A DNA stretch of 64,000 nucleotides from Octopus sinensis (GCF_006345805.1 NC_042998.1:38812001-38876000), one strand, 5' to 3'; shown: positions 12,783 through 25,249, numbered from the stretch's first letter. Notes: generated from the sequence alone by a model not told the origin. Numbers and translations: made by a program.

Positions 12783-15719
12783 GTGTGTGTGTGTATTCGA
12801 TCCACTCTTTTTGGTTCTCACTGTTTCCAGATAATTTCTCCTTTTCTTTTGAAACACATTAAACTCGCCCGGAACTGATAACCCGATGAAAAGTCATTTT
12901 GTTTCCTCGTGATAGTTGGCTACTCTATCCTGTCAAGAAGCCATCTTGCTGCCGGTTTGGATCGATATATTCCACTGTAATAAAAGCTTTATCAGAGACC
13001 GTTTCTGTTCTATCTTGTTGTGTTGATATTTCACAAGGCTTGCATTCTTTCCAGTCTACGAAGTCTCCAAACATGCCCAGGCGTGTATTTTTTTTATTAG
13101 CTAACACTAAACAAGCAGAAACAAAGTGCATTTTCTGCAGTTCCTTTTTCAATTCTAGGTCCAAATCATTTTTGCCAGCTGTCACGTAGTTAAATACTTT
13201 ATTTAATATATTCGGTTTTGTTACGTGCTTTTGCTATTTCCTGACAGATAGATTTTATTCTTGTACGAAAATGTTTGAAAATATCCTTTGCTATTAAACC
13301 ACTGCCACGATTCCTTTTCCCCGTCTCCACGCTTTCAGTGCTTTTTTTATTTTATTTCCGAGCAATTACATTCAGTATGTATCCGAGTTCAATTGACCAT
13401 ATTGCTAAATTGTTTGATCTGCAGTTCTGTCACAAAGTTAAACAAATGTTTTCCAAACACTAATAAAGTCTCTTTTTCTTTCAATGGTATCATGTTACAG
13501 AAATAAAGTGCATTGAAAATGCACCGCGACATCTGTGCACTTTACGTGTTTTAATAACATCATGTTTAACTCCGCGTTATTACTTTATGTAATTCTATGG
13601 GCTTTTATGACTGAGCATTATTAACTGCATAATTGACTTTGATATTTATGCCTGTGGGTGGTCATGTAGGTAACGGGTATATGATCAAGCAGTAAAGATA
13701 CTGATCAGTAATGAACGCTCGTATATACTTTTTTTGAAAGTCCTTAAAGAATGGTTGCATTCCAGAACGATTTTAAAAAGACTGCATCTCGTGTCAAGAT
13801 GTTTACAGCTTTCTTATGCATATTAATGGGTGTGGGAGTGTGTGTATTGTGTATGTGGCCCGGGGGCGGGGTATTGAGGTTTTATTTGTTCCAGTCATCG
13901 GACTGAAGACATGGTGCAGCCCAACTTTCGATAGTTATGGATATATCATCTCCCCGCCCCGACACTTTTTCCAGTCTAGTGCATATTTTAAACGATCCCT
14001 TATAGTGAAACTTCATATATTGACTACCATACACATATATGTTATATATGAATGCAAATATATATATATATATATTATAATAAATTAGAGATAAAACCAC
14101 TATTATGCAAATCAAACAATGAAAAACATAAGCCAATACATAAAATTAATTTAATTTATATTATTTTAAATATATATGAAAAGTATTAAAAGTTTAATAA
14201 AAGATAAAGAGTAAAACACTACGATCGTTTCATGGCTGTACAATTCGAATAACAATAATTTAAATTCAATTAATAATTCGAGTTATGGTTACAGTCAATC
14301 TTCAGGTTAACTGAAATATCTAAAAAATAATCAGAAATATTTAAACAATATTTTTAAGATATAAATAATATAATAATTTTACTTATAATAAACTCTATTA
14401 TCAAACTAGAAACATAACTTAACAATTATGGAGCTAGTTTGTGTCCGTTGAATCTTATTCTTTCTTTTCTTTTTTTTTGTTTTGTTTCCCAGTAAATTTC
14501 TTTGCGGTCCCTCGAAGTCACATTTTTGTAACTTCTGTATGTGTATACATAAGTACATACAGAGAGAGAAGGAGAGAGAGAGGGGGAGGAAAGAGGGAAG
14601 GACAGAAATAATTTAGTATCACATAATGTGATATATATATTTGGTTGAGAGTTTTCCACAGTTTTCACTTATAACAGCTAATTCACATTCCAGCACAAAA
14701 ATAAACTTCGAAGATGGTTTTCTTCTCTGAGAGTCCTAATGAGAGTCAAAGGGAAAAACGATGAGAAAAAATATTTGTTGTTCCCATAACTTATCCAAAC
14801 AAAGTATTTCAATAATGCGAGGCAATTAATAATGATACTTACCTGCATCAACAAACTGACTTTTATTTTGAAGGGAATATGAATGTCGATTGAATATGCA
14901 CCTGAGATGATTAGTACGAGTTTTAGCTACCTGTGAGTTTTTGAAAGAAGTTCAGTTGGGCGCCATTTGTACCCACAATGTAATAAACATAAATACTAAT
15001 TTGACTGCGCTTGAAGATAATATAATGTTGATTTGACATGTACACAGTGCCACATAATGGAGGGGAAGTATAAAGAATTCTTCTAATTGATTCTAACAGG
15101 CGACTGGCAATTTATCGACCTCGAATTTATAGAAGTCATCTTGAGATGGACTAGAATTCAGAACGTAAACGGATGTGGTAGTTTGTAGCAAGGCATTTTG
15201 TCTGATACGCACCACTGAACAAATATCCTTTGTGTTAGCGCTAATTTTAGATTCTAATTCTAATATTAGTAATTTATCTATTATATAAAATCCGTGCTAG
15301 GATCTCGGGCATCCTCCACCCGATTGCGCTCAAATTTGATATGTAGATACAAAAATCGATTCCAGGTGAGAATGCGATCGATAAAGCCGTGGGGACGTGC
15401 ATTTGTACGCGCAAGTACATCAGCTATTGCGATCGAGAAAAATGCACGTGCAGTTTGCGCAAAAAAGCCGGCTGGCTTGAAATAATGCCACAAAATGCAG
15501 TATATTTAAGAAACCAAAAAGGTAAGATGCAAAAGAGATATTTTCTTCAAACTTGGCATGAAGGAAGGAAAGACTATTTGGTTTCTCAAGAAGTTTATTT
15601 TTTTTTTGCCTTAACTTCGTTTAACAAAACCAAAAATTTCATTGAAATAAAGGCATGCTTAATTATTTTTTAATGAAAAGAAAACACTGATTGCTTTTTA
15701 TTCAGTAGATATGATTCAG

Positions 15720-16850
15720 CACCATCCATTGGACGGGGGGCGTTTTGCTCGTTACAAATAACGATAATGAGCCACACGTTCTACTTCGCTCTGACTCCAT
15801 TACCTTATCTGCAGAATGAAACCATCAATGGATGGCTTAAAAATAAGGTATAATAATTTAGTATATTAAACTGGAATGAAAGAGCTTTGTTGGAAAAGTC
15901 CTAATATTACTAACAGAGTTCGAAAACCACCACTCGAAAGTTGAGATAAGCAGAATATATATCCCTTCCACAAGGAGAGGGTTGTCTCTGAGAGGAATAG
16001 AAAGCTGCTACGAAATATCGATGACCCAACAATAGAAATAATTACAATAAAGTAAGCGGAAACTGATTAGCAGCCTCGATAAGTAAACAAATAACGTTTA
16101 CAATTTAGTTACTATAAAGTAACTAAAGAAAGCATTTAGATAAAGCCAAGAACAAAACAAAAAAGAAAACAAAAGAAAAGCTTTACAAAAATAAAAGCAC
16201 CAACACGAAATTTCAAGTATATTAAAGAAAAAAACGCAAAAAAAAACCCCCACTTGAAAACCAATACCACGCAAGACTTGATATGGAGGAAATAACTTAA
16301 TGTGAACAATGCCTCAGGAGCTCTGGGCTAAAACAAAGATACAAAATCTGGTTTCATCTACACAGGAAGCCGCAAATAATTACGAAAAGAAAATAACGAA
16401 AAAAAATATAACATCAAGTACGAACAACAATGCGACGTTTAACCAAATAATTTCCGGTTGTCCAGTCCTTCAAAAGTCCAAGTTTATTTAAATAATCGAG
16501 TTGGCAGCAATGTCTGCTAGGCAATATGCTGATACTTTGATCTGGAAATTTATGAGAAATGATATAAATATACATGAAACATTGTACTCGCCAACAAGCC
16601 AGGTCTCAAACATCCGGGATATGCGTGTCTAGAGAGACAAGACTATCACGGTAAACTATTCAAACGTGATTACCAAGAACTGAAAAGGAAACGTCTGCAC
16701 TTCGGAAGACATTGTGATCCCTAATGAATAAAACATTGCCCAAAAGGAAGAGGAGATATACAAGGTCGGTGTACTAGGGATTCGAAAATGAAAGGAAAGT
16801 GAAAACAAGATAGGATACAAAAATAGGAAAAACTATATCTGGGGAACCCA
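15720..16850 (+). mobile_element. Degenerate RLE-type non-LTR retrotransposon (R4/Dong-like), RT C-terminus to endonuclease
   Basis: Broken frames give HHSKVEISRIYIPSTRRG (resembles HHPKADIERLYIPRKEGGRG), FNQIISGCPVL (CCHC-finger region) and DIVIPNE…IAQKEEE (RLE-like region). Confidence 0.6.
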
Positions 16851-17375
16851 AGTCAACATTTTAGCCCCATCGCAACATCCTACACAACACACTTTCAATG
16901 TTCAACGGTGCGACCCAAACTGTTTTCTCTCCACATATAACACATATCCGATACAATTTCCATCAGATACGCAACCAACTCGTAATAAAATAGTGCAAGA
17001 TATTTTCATACAATCGATACCTGACATAGAAACAACAGCAATCCAATAGAAATCAAGTTCGTTACAGTTGAATCTTCCCCCATTAACACACATACACTCA
17101 ACACACACTCCGCCCGACATTAGAATGCTTTGCACCAAACACAGGAAGACGTCTACAGCACATAACGAAATAACTTACAATGTACATATACTGTATGAAA
17201 GACAAAAGACTAAAACCAGGAATAACAGAACGGGTCAAATAGCAAAACAAAGCAGTTAAACTATACAGACTAAATTCTACATCCCCCAACTTATAAAGAT
17301 TCACGCACATTTGGGAATGCCGAAGTGCAACTAAGACGCTGTAAAAACTCACACAATGCTGTTGAAATCGTGAGG

Positions 17376-17377
<2 letters not shown>

Positions 17378-17432
<55 letters not shown>

Positions 17433-17566
17433 TCTAATTTTGGTACAAGGCCAGCAAATTTAAGGGAAGGCTAAGTCGAGCACATTGACCCCGGTGCTCT
17501 ACTCATTCTTTATTTTATCAACTTCAAAGGATGAAAGGTACAATAGATCTCGGAGGAATTTGAAAT
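17378..17566 (-). mobile_element. SINE family A, 3' part with (ATT)n tail
   Basis: An (AAT)n run is followed by TTTCTAATTTTGGTACAAGGCCAGC…GGAATTTGAA. Confidence 0.65.
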
Positions 17567-18023
17567 GGAAAGAAACATGTGTAGACAATTAAAACAATAA
17601 CTGACAAGAAATTAATGACAAACAAAATTTACCATTAAGAGGAAGTACCACCCAGGTGTAAACATGAAACCTACAGTTCCTGGGTCACCCTGATAGCCAG
17701 GAGTACTTTAGCAAGTGCTTCTCTTTCCTCCGTGTATTCTGCCAACATCAGCATGCGTAAAGTAGGTCCTTTCACTCGAGACATTCTCGCTACATTCATT
17801 CATTTATTCGAAAGCTTACTTGGAATCACCACACCTTCTCCACCACCACTCTTTCTCAAGTCCTATAAATATATATACATACAGACTTTCCTCTGATTCC
17901 GAAGAAGTGTGTCTGCTAGAAACGTTAAATCATGTTTCTTTCCCTACCTGAGCGTCTACTAATACTTTACATGTACCACGTCCTCCCGTTGTGTTTTTTG
18001 TGTTTGTTCTTCTTTTAGGGATT

Positions 18024-18084
<61 letters not shown>

Positions 18085-18261
18085 TATACTTACGTGTATG
18101 AATATATATATATATATATATATACTTACATGTATGTATATATGTATAAGTGTGTGTATATAAATGTATGTATGTATGTATAGATAGATAGATAGATAGA
18201 TAGATAGCTACCGAAAAGCATATCTATGTATAAATAGACAAATGCTTGTAAACTCATACAT

Positions 18262-18438
18262 AATATTGTTTTCAAATTTTGGCATAGGACCAGCAATTTC
18301 AAGAATCAGAGTGGCGCTAGTTTTCAACTCGTGATTATTTCATTGACCTAGGCAAAGTAGACCCCCGCCAGCATTGAAACTCAGAACGTAAAGTCAGAAG
18401 AATTACTGCCGAGCATTTTGCCCGGAGTCGTAACGATT
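18262..18438 (-). mobile_element. SINE family A (degenerate)
   Basis: TTTCAAATTTTGGCATAGGACCAGC…CTCAGAACGTAAAG…GCATTTTGCCCGG…AACGATT. Confidence 0.65.
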
Positions 18439-18493
18439 GTGCTACCTCACCTCACTAAATTCAACCATAATACACACATACGCGCGCGCGCAT

Positions 18494-18560
<67 letters not shown>

Positions 18561-19086
18561 GGCATTGCACGATAACAACATTGATTAAATTTCGCGCAAT
18601 GGCCATACTCGATAACGAGGGGCAGCCACCATGTATGTATATATGTGTATGTGTGTGTGTGTATACGTACATACACACAAGGCATGTATATATGCATGTG
18701 AATATATTTGTATTTACGTTGGTATAGATTTGTATGTGAATACGCTTTAGTAGAACAATTTCGTAGCAAGTTTGAAAACGATATGAGTTAGAAGCGCATC
18801 GTGACCGATGAGGCATAACAGCACCGATAACCTAGACAGTACAGAAAAGCTGCGACATATATACATACACACACATACGTACACGCACGCACACACATAC
18901 GCACACAGATACATATGTATATATCTATGTGTGGATATATATGTATGTACGTATCTATGTATATATACACATACGTATATATATATTTATACATGCATAT
19001 ATATATACATATACATATGTATACCTGTATGCGTATATGTATATATATATATTATATATATATATATACATACATACATACATACA

Positions 19087-19118
<32 letters not shown>

Positions 19119-19560
19119 ACGAAAAAAGATGAAGATAAAATTGATAATTGATAAACACCAATTATCATTTATTGAATATAAAAAGACAAAATCTCATTTA
19201 GCAGCTGTTTCTGTTGGCGCTATTCAGGTATTGTCAGGCATAATTACTATAATAATTATTATTATTGTAAGTAATTAATTATACCAACTTAAATAGAGGA
19301 AGTCCATCAGAACGGAAATGTAAAGAAAAAGAGGAGAAAAAGGAAGAGAAAAAGAGCAAGTAAGGATATATCACTTTATGTTACATGATATCCCTCTTTT
19401 TTTTTCCTTAGATGTATATCAGGTTCGGTTTGTTCTCGTCCTTACGTATCATTTATGAGCATTAATACTAATAGTCATAATCACATATAGGTAAGACACC
19501 ACCTAATACATTGGATATAAATAGCTCTTAGACGGTTGTTATAACCTCTAACTTAGCTCA

Positions 19561-19602
19561 CCTGTATACATACATACATACATACATACATACATACATA
19601 CA

Positions 19603-19649
<47 letters not shown>

Positions 19650-19663
19650 TATATATGTATATA

Positions 19664-19696
<33 letters not shown>

Positions 19697-19905
19697 ATAT
19701 GTATATATATATATATGTAATATATATATATGTATATATATATATGTATATATATATTATATATATATGTATAATATATATGTATATATATATATGTTAT
19801 ATATATATGTATATGTATATATATGTATATATATATATGTATATATATATGTATATGTATATATATATAATATATGTATATATATATATGTATATATATA
19901 TATTG

Positions 19906-19937
<32 letters not shown>

Positions 19938-19962
19938 TGTTATATATATATGTATATATATG

Positions 19963-19995
<33 letters not shown>

Positions 19996-20027
19996 GTATA
20001 TATATGTATATATATATATATAATATG

Positions 20028-20058
<31 letters not shown>

Positions 20059-20066
20059 GTATATAT
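19561..20066. repeat. Compound (TACA)n/(TA)n microsatellite, about 500 bp
   Basis: Directly visible. It produces the spurious Y/I/M-rich ORFs. Confidence 0.95.
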
Positions 20067-20857
20067 ATCGAAATCCCAGAATCGAAATCAATACGGGACC
20101 TGGGGATAGACATGAGTGACGATGCATCTTTTTCTTCACACATCGCGAAGGTGGCGACAATGTGCAGACGACTCACTGGCTGGATCCTGAGGACATTCCG
20201 GACAAGAGACTGCGAGACCATGTTGACACTATGGATGACATTTGTCCTAAGCCGCCTGGACTACTGCTCCCAACTGTGGTCACCGCATAGTGTCAAACTA
20301 ATCACAGAGCTTGAGACAATCCAAAGACATTTCACCAAGAGGATTTCCACCATGAAAGAAAAGAACTATTGGGAGAGGCTTAGGGAACTCAATTTGTACT
20401 CCTTGGAACGAAGACGAGAGAGATATGCAGTGATATACATATGGAAAATCTTGGAGGGACTAGCACCAAATTTTGGAATTGAGAGCTGTTCCAATCCCCG
20501 TACAGGACGTCACTGTGTGGTGCCAAAGGTCCCGTCTTCCACATCCAGGGTAAGGAGCAGATACTGTAATAGCCTGGGGTTCAGGGGCCCTCAGCTGTTC
20601 AACAAACTGCCAAGAAAACTAAGAGATCTACATGATGCGGATGTGGACATTTTCAAAAAACATCTAGACAAGCTGCTTTCCGGGATCCCAGATGAACCCA
20701 CTGCAAGGTACGAAGGTAACCTAAGGGCAGCAGCTACAAACTCTCTCTTAGATCAGTGGCCAGCCACGGCAAACTGGACTTAGAGAGGGTAGCAACAAGG
20801 GCGGTGGCCCAGCATGGCCTCAGCCGGATGGCTGAAACAAGTAAAAGAGTAAAAGAG

Positions 20858-20859
<2 letters not shown>
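20067..20859 (+). mobile_element. Young 5'-truncated CR1/L2-group LINE (RT C-terminus, 3' UTR, (GTAAAAGA)n tail)
   Basis: An uninterrupted frame from about 20067 to the stop at 20783 reads RDLGIDM…[13 protein letters not shown]…[12 protein letters not shown]…[19 protein letters not shown]…LFNKLP…FKKHLD…IPDEP. It is flanked on both sides by (TA)n. Confidence 0.9.
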
Positions 20860-20906
<47 letters not shown>

Positions 20907-20908
20907 TG

Positions 20909-20975
<67 letters not shown>

Positions 20976-20978
20976 GTG

Positions 20979-21065
<87 letters not shown>

Positions 21066-21066
<1 letters not shown>

Positions 21067-21575
21067 ATGGCCCATTATATATAATAAGTGCCTGGAGGAG
21101 GTAGCACTGCTCTGGATCAAGAGCGTGGCTGTTGGAAGACCCTATGTCTGGTAACAGGACTCTGCCCCATGCCGCACAAGCAGGAGAACCCAATCATGGC
21201 TGTCAGACAATTTCTGCGACCACACCACCCCTAACATCTGACCACCTAACTCCCCAGACTGCAACCCCCTTAATTATTATGTGTGGGGTGCAGTTGAGCG
21301 AGAGACCAACAAAACTCCTTGTAACACCAAAGATGAACTGAAAACAAGGATTATGGCAGCATTCACCAACTTAAAGAAGGACACCGTCCAGGAGAGTTGC
21401 GAGAGATTCCGTACTCGCCTGGAGGCCGTGGTTGAAGCCAATGGTGATTTTATTGAATACATTTACTCTTTAAAGTATTTCAAAATATATTTGTTATTTT
21501 GGTAAATATAACTCTGTTAAATTGAGCTTTCAGTGTTATTTTCATTTTTGCGTAATTTAGACGGTAGTTATTCAC
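21066..21575 (+). mobile_element. Tc1/mariner-superfamily transposase remnant, DD37D (maT) type
   Basis: [50 protein letters not shown]…RLEAVVEANGDFIE. There are 37 residues between the second D and the third catalytic position (here N), plus two in-frame stops. Confidence 0.85.
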
Positions 21576-21685
21576 TGTGTGTGTGTGTGTGTGTGTGTGT
21601 GTCCTTGTGCATGTGTATTTCTATTTATGTTTCAGTATATATGTATAGATAGATAGATTGAGAGATAGACAGACAGACAGATAGG

Positions 21686-21730
<45 letters not shown>

Positions 21731-21899
21731 ATAGATAGATAGATAGATAGATAGATAGAAGTTATTCGGTTTATCCTTTCGCGTCCGTAGGTTTCCATCA
21801 TACTCTATTCTCGTTTTCCTAACCTCAATCATAATATCTATGTTTTCCCTAGTCAATCTAGAATATTTCTTAGTGAATATAACTGCCTTATTTAGCAGT

Positions 21900-22586
21900 T
21901 CGGGATTTATTAAGGCGTAATAATCAGAGATGTCTATCTGGATAAACTTAGTGTTCTCTTTGTACTTAATGTCCCTAAACTAGTGTCGTACTTCAAAAGA
22001 ATTAGACCGTAGGGTTTAGAAGCAGGGGAAACCCACTCTTCAACCTGCATCTAAATGAGTTTGAAGAAGAAATATGGAACCTAGTTAGGAACATTAAATT
22101 CCATAAACACTCCTAGAGACGGAATCCGCACCTCAGGAAATTATACCAAATCTGCAAAGAGATTAACAGCAAATCTGGCATACTGGTGCACTCGGATTAA
22201 ACAGAGAATGTATACCACATGGATTATAAGGATTACAACAACCTAATTAGAAAGATCTTAAAGGACTATAGGATTACAACGGAGAATACATTACTAGATA
22301 TTAAAAACGACAACCAAGCGGATTATGTGCGAACTTGGTATAGATGAGAGAGCTGAACCATACAAAGCTAGGACCCCACGGATTACATTAAAGGATCACA
22401 AACCCAACTTTGCAAACCAAACCCACGGTCAGGCTTATACGCACATCCAATCGGACTTAGGGAAATTAAGTAAAATAATCATGGACAGACACATACCTAC
22501 CCTTAGGAATGAAGTTAAGCTAGGTTTATGGTCTAATTCTTTTAAAGTATTATACTGGTTCAGAAACATTAGGGATAAAAAGAACT
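21900..22586 (+). mobile_element. Penelope-like element fragment (region N-terminal to and entering RT)
   Basis: RITLKDHKPNF…SDLGKLSKIIMDR…LWSNS…WFRNI matches the PLE pattern ITLKDHK.NF…P.KSE.G.ISK.ILD. Upstream, FEEEIWNLVRNIKF is also PLE-like. Confidence 0.75.
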
Positions 22587-22635
22587 CGTATGTATGTATG
22601 TATGTATGTATGTATGTATGTATGTATGTATGAAC

Positions 22636-23205
22636 GTATATAACACAAGGTATTAAAAAATGGTCATTACATATTTTCCGTTATTGGAGTAAATTTGGCT
22701 TACAGATGTTTCCAGTAGTAATTATAGGTTCGTCACTGATAGGTTTACTCAAGTAGTCTATTGATCTGTTGAGAAAAATTGAACGACCTGAAAAAATAAT
22801 GCTTCTTTCGTCAAAACCTTTTTTTTTTTCTTTCTGGTTTAAAAAAATGCAGAACACTGAAGGAACGATATCTTTAAAATTTATTTACGGGAAACGTTTT
22901 GAATATTCAAATAAAGCTTCTGTTCGATTATGCCTGCCACAGTCTAATGATGCTCACTAGTGAACCAGTTTTGGGGGAATTGCACCGAGCTGCGCCGATA
23001 TAATGTAGGAGAAATATAGTAACAATAACAACAATTTTTGGATGGAATTTATAAACATTTGATGCATCGCTACGCGCGTTTCCATAAGTCATATGTCTCT
23101 TAAGATCATAGTCCGTATTACTGGGATTCTTACAGTTTAGTCCGTGGTGTCCGTGGGCATCGGGTAGATCATCTTCATGGATACATTTCTTCAGGTGATA
23201 TGACA
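22636..23205 (-). mobile_element. Probable Penelope-like 3' segment (GIY-YIG-like remnant plus hammerhead-like terminus)
   Basis: The minus-strand ORF has SNVYK…HYIGAA. A downstream broken frame reads …KEALFFQ…. A degenerate core GTGACGA…GAAACATCTGTAAG lies at 22697-22740. Confidence 0.5.
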
Positions 23206-23206
23206 C

Positions 23207-23255
<49 letters not shown>

Positions 23256-23324
23256 GTGTGTGGTGTGTGTGTGTGTGTGTGCGTGCGTGTGTGGGTGTGT
23301 GTGAGTGAGTGTGTTATATTGTAA

Positions 23325-23750
23325 TTGACCTTTGAGGTGTTTCAATTTTCATGATACTTTGCTTCGTGTGAGGAGACCACAGTGGACAACAGTATTCAAA
23401 GTGGGGTCGGACAAATGTAGAGAAGAGGGGGATAATGGTGTGGATATCTCTCATCTAGGAGGTTCTGAGAATCCAAGAACACATTCTGCGGGCCATGTCA
23501 ACTTCGTTGTTTATAAGAGCGGCCTAGCTTATTTTGTTATCCACAATTACTCCCAAGTCTCTGATGTTGTTGGATGCCATGAGAGTTTCACCTGAAGGAA
23601 GGGAGTATGGGAGTTTCAGGGTATCCTCTTTTCCGAAGTGGATTAATTCAAATTTGTCCTCGTTCAGCAGTATTTTATTCTTTTCCGACCATTGGATGAC
23701 AGCCAATAGATCTGACTGAAGGCATGTCCGGTCACCCACTTCATTGATAT
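23325..23750 (-). mobile_element. CR1/L2-group LINE RT fragment
   Basis: LQSDLLAVIQWSEKNKILLNEDKFELIHFG…IRDLGVIVDNKIS…VRPHFEYCCPLWSPH. Confidence 0.85.
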
Positions 23751-23907
23751 ACCTATTATTTTAAGGAATTTCATTCCTCAAAAACAATAGGTATTGAACC
23801 AGTATTTCCTTGAATGAAACCATCCCTTCATAAGGTTAACACAACTGTTTTGATCTATATGTATGTATATGTATATTACACACATGCATGCACATAGATA
23901 TACATAC

Positions 23908-23975
<68 letters not shown>

Positions 23976-23979
<4 letters not shown>

Positions 23980-24245
23980 TATTATATGTAGAAAAATACA
24001 AACTGGGACAAGAACGCAAAACATTTTTAGAAGACGATACAAAAAACCACGGACGGGACATTCGAAGCCTTCAATCTTCAGTTAAGAACCGGATCATCCT
24101 TGCAATTTCGGCTGATTTGCGAGGATGATCCGGTTCTTGACTGAAGATTGAAGGCTTCGAATGTCCCGTCCGTGTTTTTTGTATCGTCTTCTAAATGTTT
24201 TGCGTCTTTGTCCAAGTTTGTATTTTTCTACATATAATATATATA
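23976..24245. repeat. Long fold-back inverted repeat (arms about 130 bp, 11-nt loop)
   Basis: 23976-24105 is the reverse complement of 24117-24245 apart from a few substitutions and small indels. The loop is TTTCGGCTGAT. Confidence 0.95.
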
Positions 24246-24282
24246 GCGGCGCCCGTACCCTTTTTGGTTTTGTATGTAAGTA

Positions 24283-24486
24283 TATATATCCGGGTTGCGG
24301 ATCCGTGGAACAAGCTGCCAGACGAGATGGTGAAGATGCCGACGACCGCTTTGTTCAAAGCCTCCCTGGACCTCAAGTGGCCTGAACTCTTTACATGAAC
24401 ACCACCCTGTACTTAACTCCATGTCCCCCTACATGGCCTTGCTATTTGCTTTTGAGCCAAATTAACTAACTAACTAACTAACTAAC
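24283..24486 (+). mobile_element. CR1-type LINE 3' end with (CTAA)n tail
   Basis: RVADPWNKLPDEMVKMPTTALFKASLD…* is the typical CR1 ORF2 C-terminus, followed by a short UTR and (ACTA)n. Confidence 0.8.
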
Positions 24487-24498
24487 ATGTATAATAAA

Positions 24499-24741
24499 AT
24501 ATATACACACAATATTAGATATGTACATATATACACAAGGGCACTACATGAGCACCTACATCGCAAAAACAATAGAAGTTAAAAAATACTTCTGTACCAC
24601 TGAATGGTCAGAAACCCATTACAGACATGATAGGAAAAAAATTTTCTTTCCTATCATGTCTGTAATGGATTTGTGACTATGTAGGTGCTCATGCAATGCC
24701 CTTCCGTATATATGTACGTATCTAATATTGTATGTATATAT
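24499..24741. repeat. Fold-back inverted repeat with an asymmetric 45-nt insert
   Basis: Outer arms are 24499-24561 / 24679-24741 and inner arms are 24607-24637 / 24647-24677. 24562-24606 has no partner. Confidence 0.9.
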
Positions 24742-25182
24742 TCTATTAATTTGCCTGTACGGTTGATAATTCGCTTGCTACTCGTGATGGTATTTTAATA
24801 ATACCATTCCTATATATATATATATATATATCCGTATAGATATTAGATATATGCATGTAAATGTATGTATTTTTGTGTGCATGTGTGTTTGGTTTTCTCC
24901 GTCTCACCAGCGTTTAAACTAGCAGCGTTTTATGTTTAACATAACTCGTTACCTTTCAGATGATTTTAGATAAAAATTGTTTTAAATTAATTGTTTTAAC
25001 TCGTACTTTTGGGATAAATGATGTTTGCTCCTAATGAAACATCTGTTTAAATCAACTTAATTATGAATTATCTGGAAACTTTATGGTTTTCTGCTTTTCT
25101 TTCTAAATATATTTACGTTGTTGTGGGTGATGTGTGTGCGTGTGTATGTGTGTCTATTTGTTAATATGTATATATTCATGCT

Positions 25183-25223
<41 letters not shown>

Positions 25224-25249
25224 GTGTGTGTGTGTGTGGTGTGTGTGTG

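Noticed and set aside
12429-12878. The many long Y/I/C/V/H/T-rich ORFs here and at about 18.4-20.1k, 30.3-33.0k, 36.3-36.8k, 38.5-39.7k and 46.6-47.4k
   Set aside because: They are translations of (TA)n, (CA)n, (TATG)n and (GA)n tracts, which lack stop codons in some frames.
12880-13450. Possible minus-strand PLE C-terminal remnant
   Set aside because: The resemblance is too faint to call without a profile search.
14836-14935. Candidate small minus-strand exon (…CACAG|GTAGCTAAA… to GCAG|GTAAGTAT)
   Set aside because: The splice signals look plausible, but the peptide (VAKTRTNHLRCIF…) is not GPCR TM6 and nothing else supports it.
19767-20066. N-terminal part of the 338-aa ORF
   Set aside because: It is microsatellite read-through. 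Only about 20067-20783 is LINE coding sequence.
22928-23206. 92-aa ORF with a hydrophobic stretch, first read as the last exon of a GPI-anchored protein
   Set aside because: There is no good acceptor. The YIG-like motif and the adjacent hammerhead-like terminus fit a PLE remnant better.
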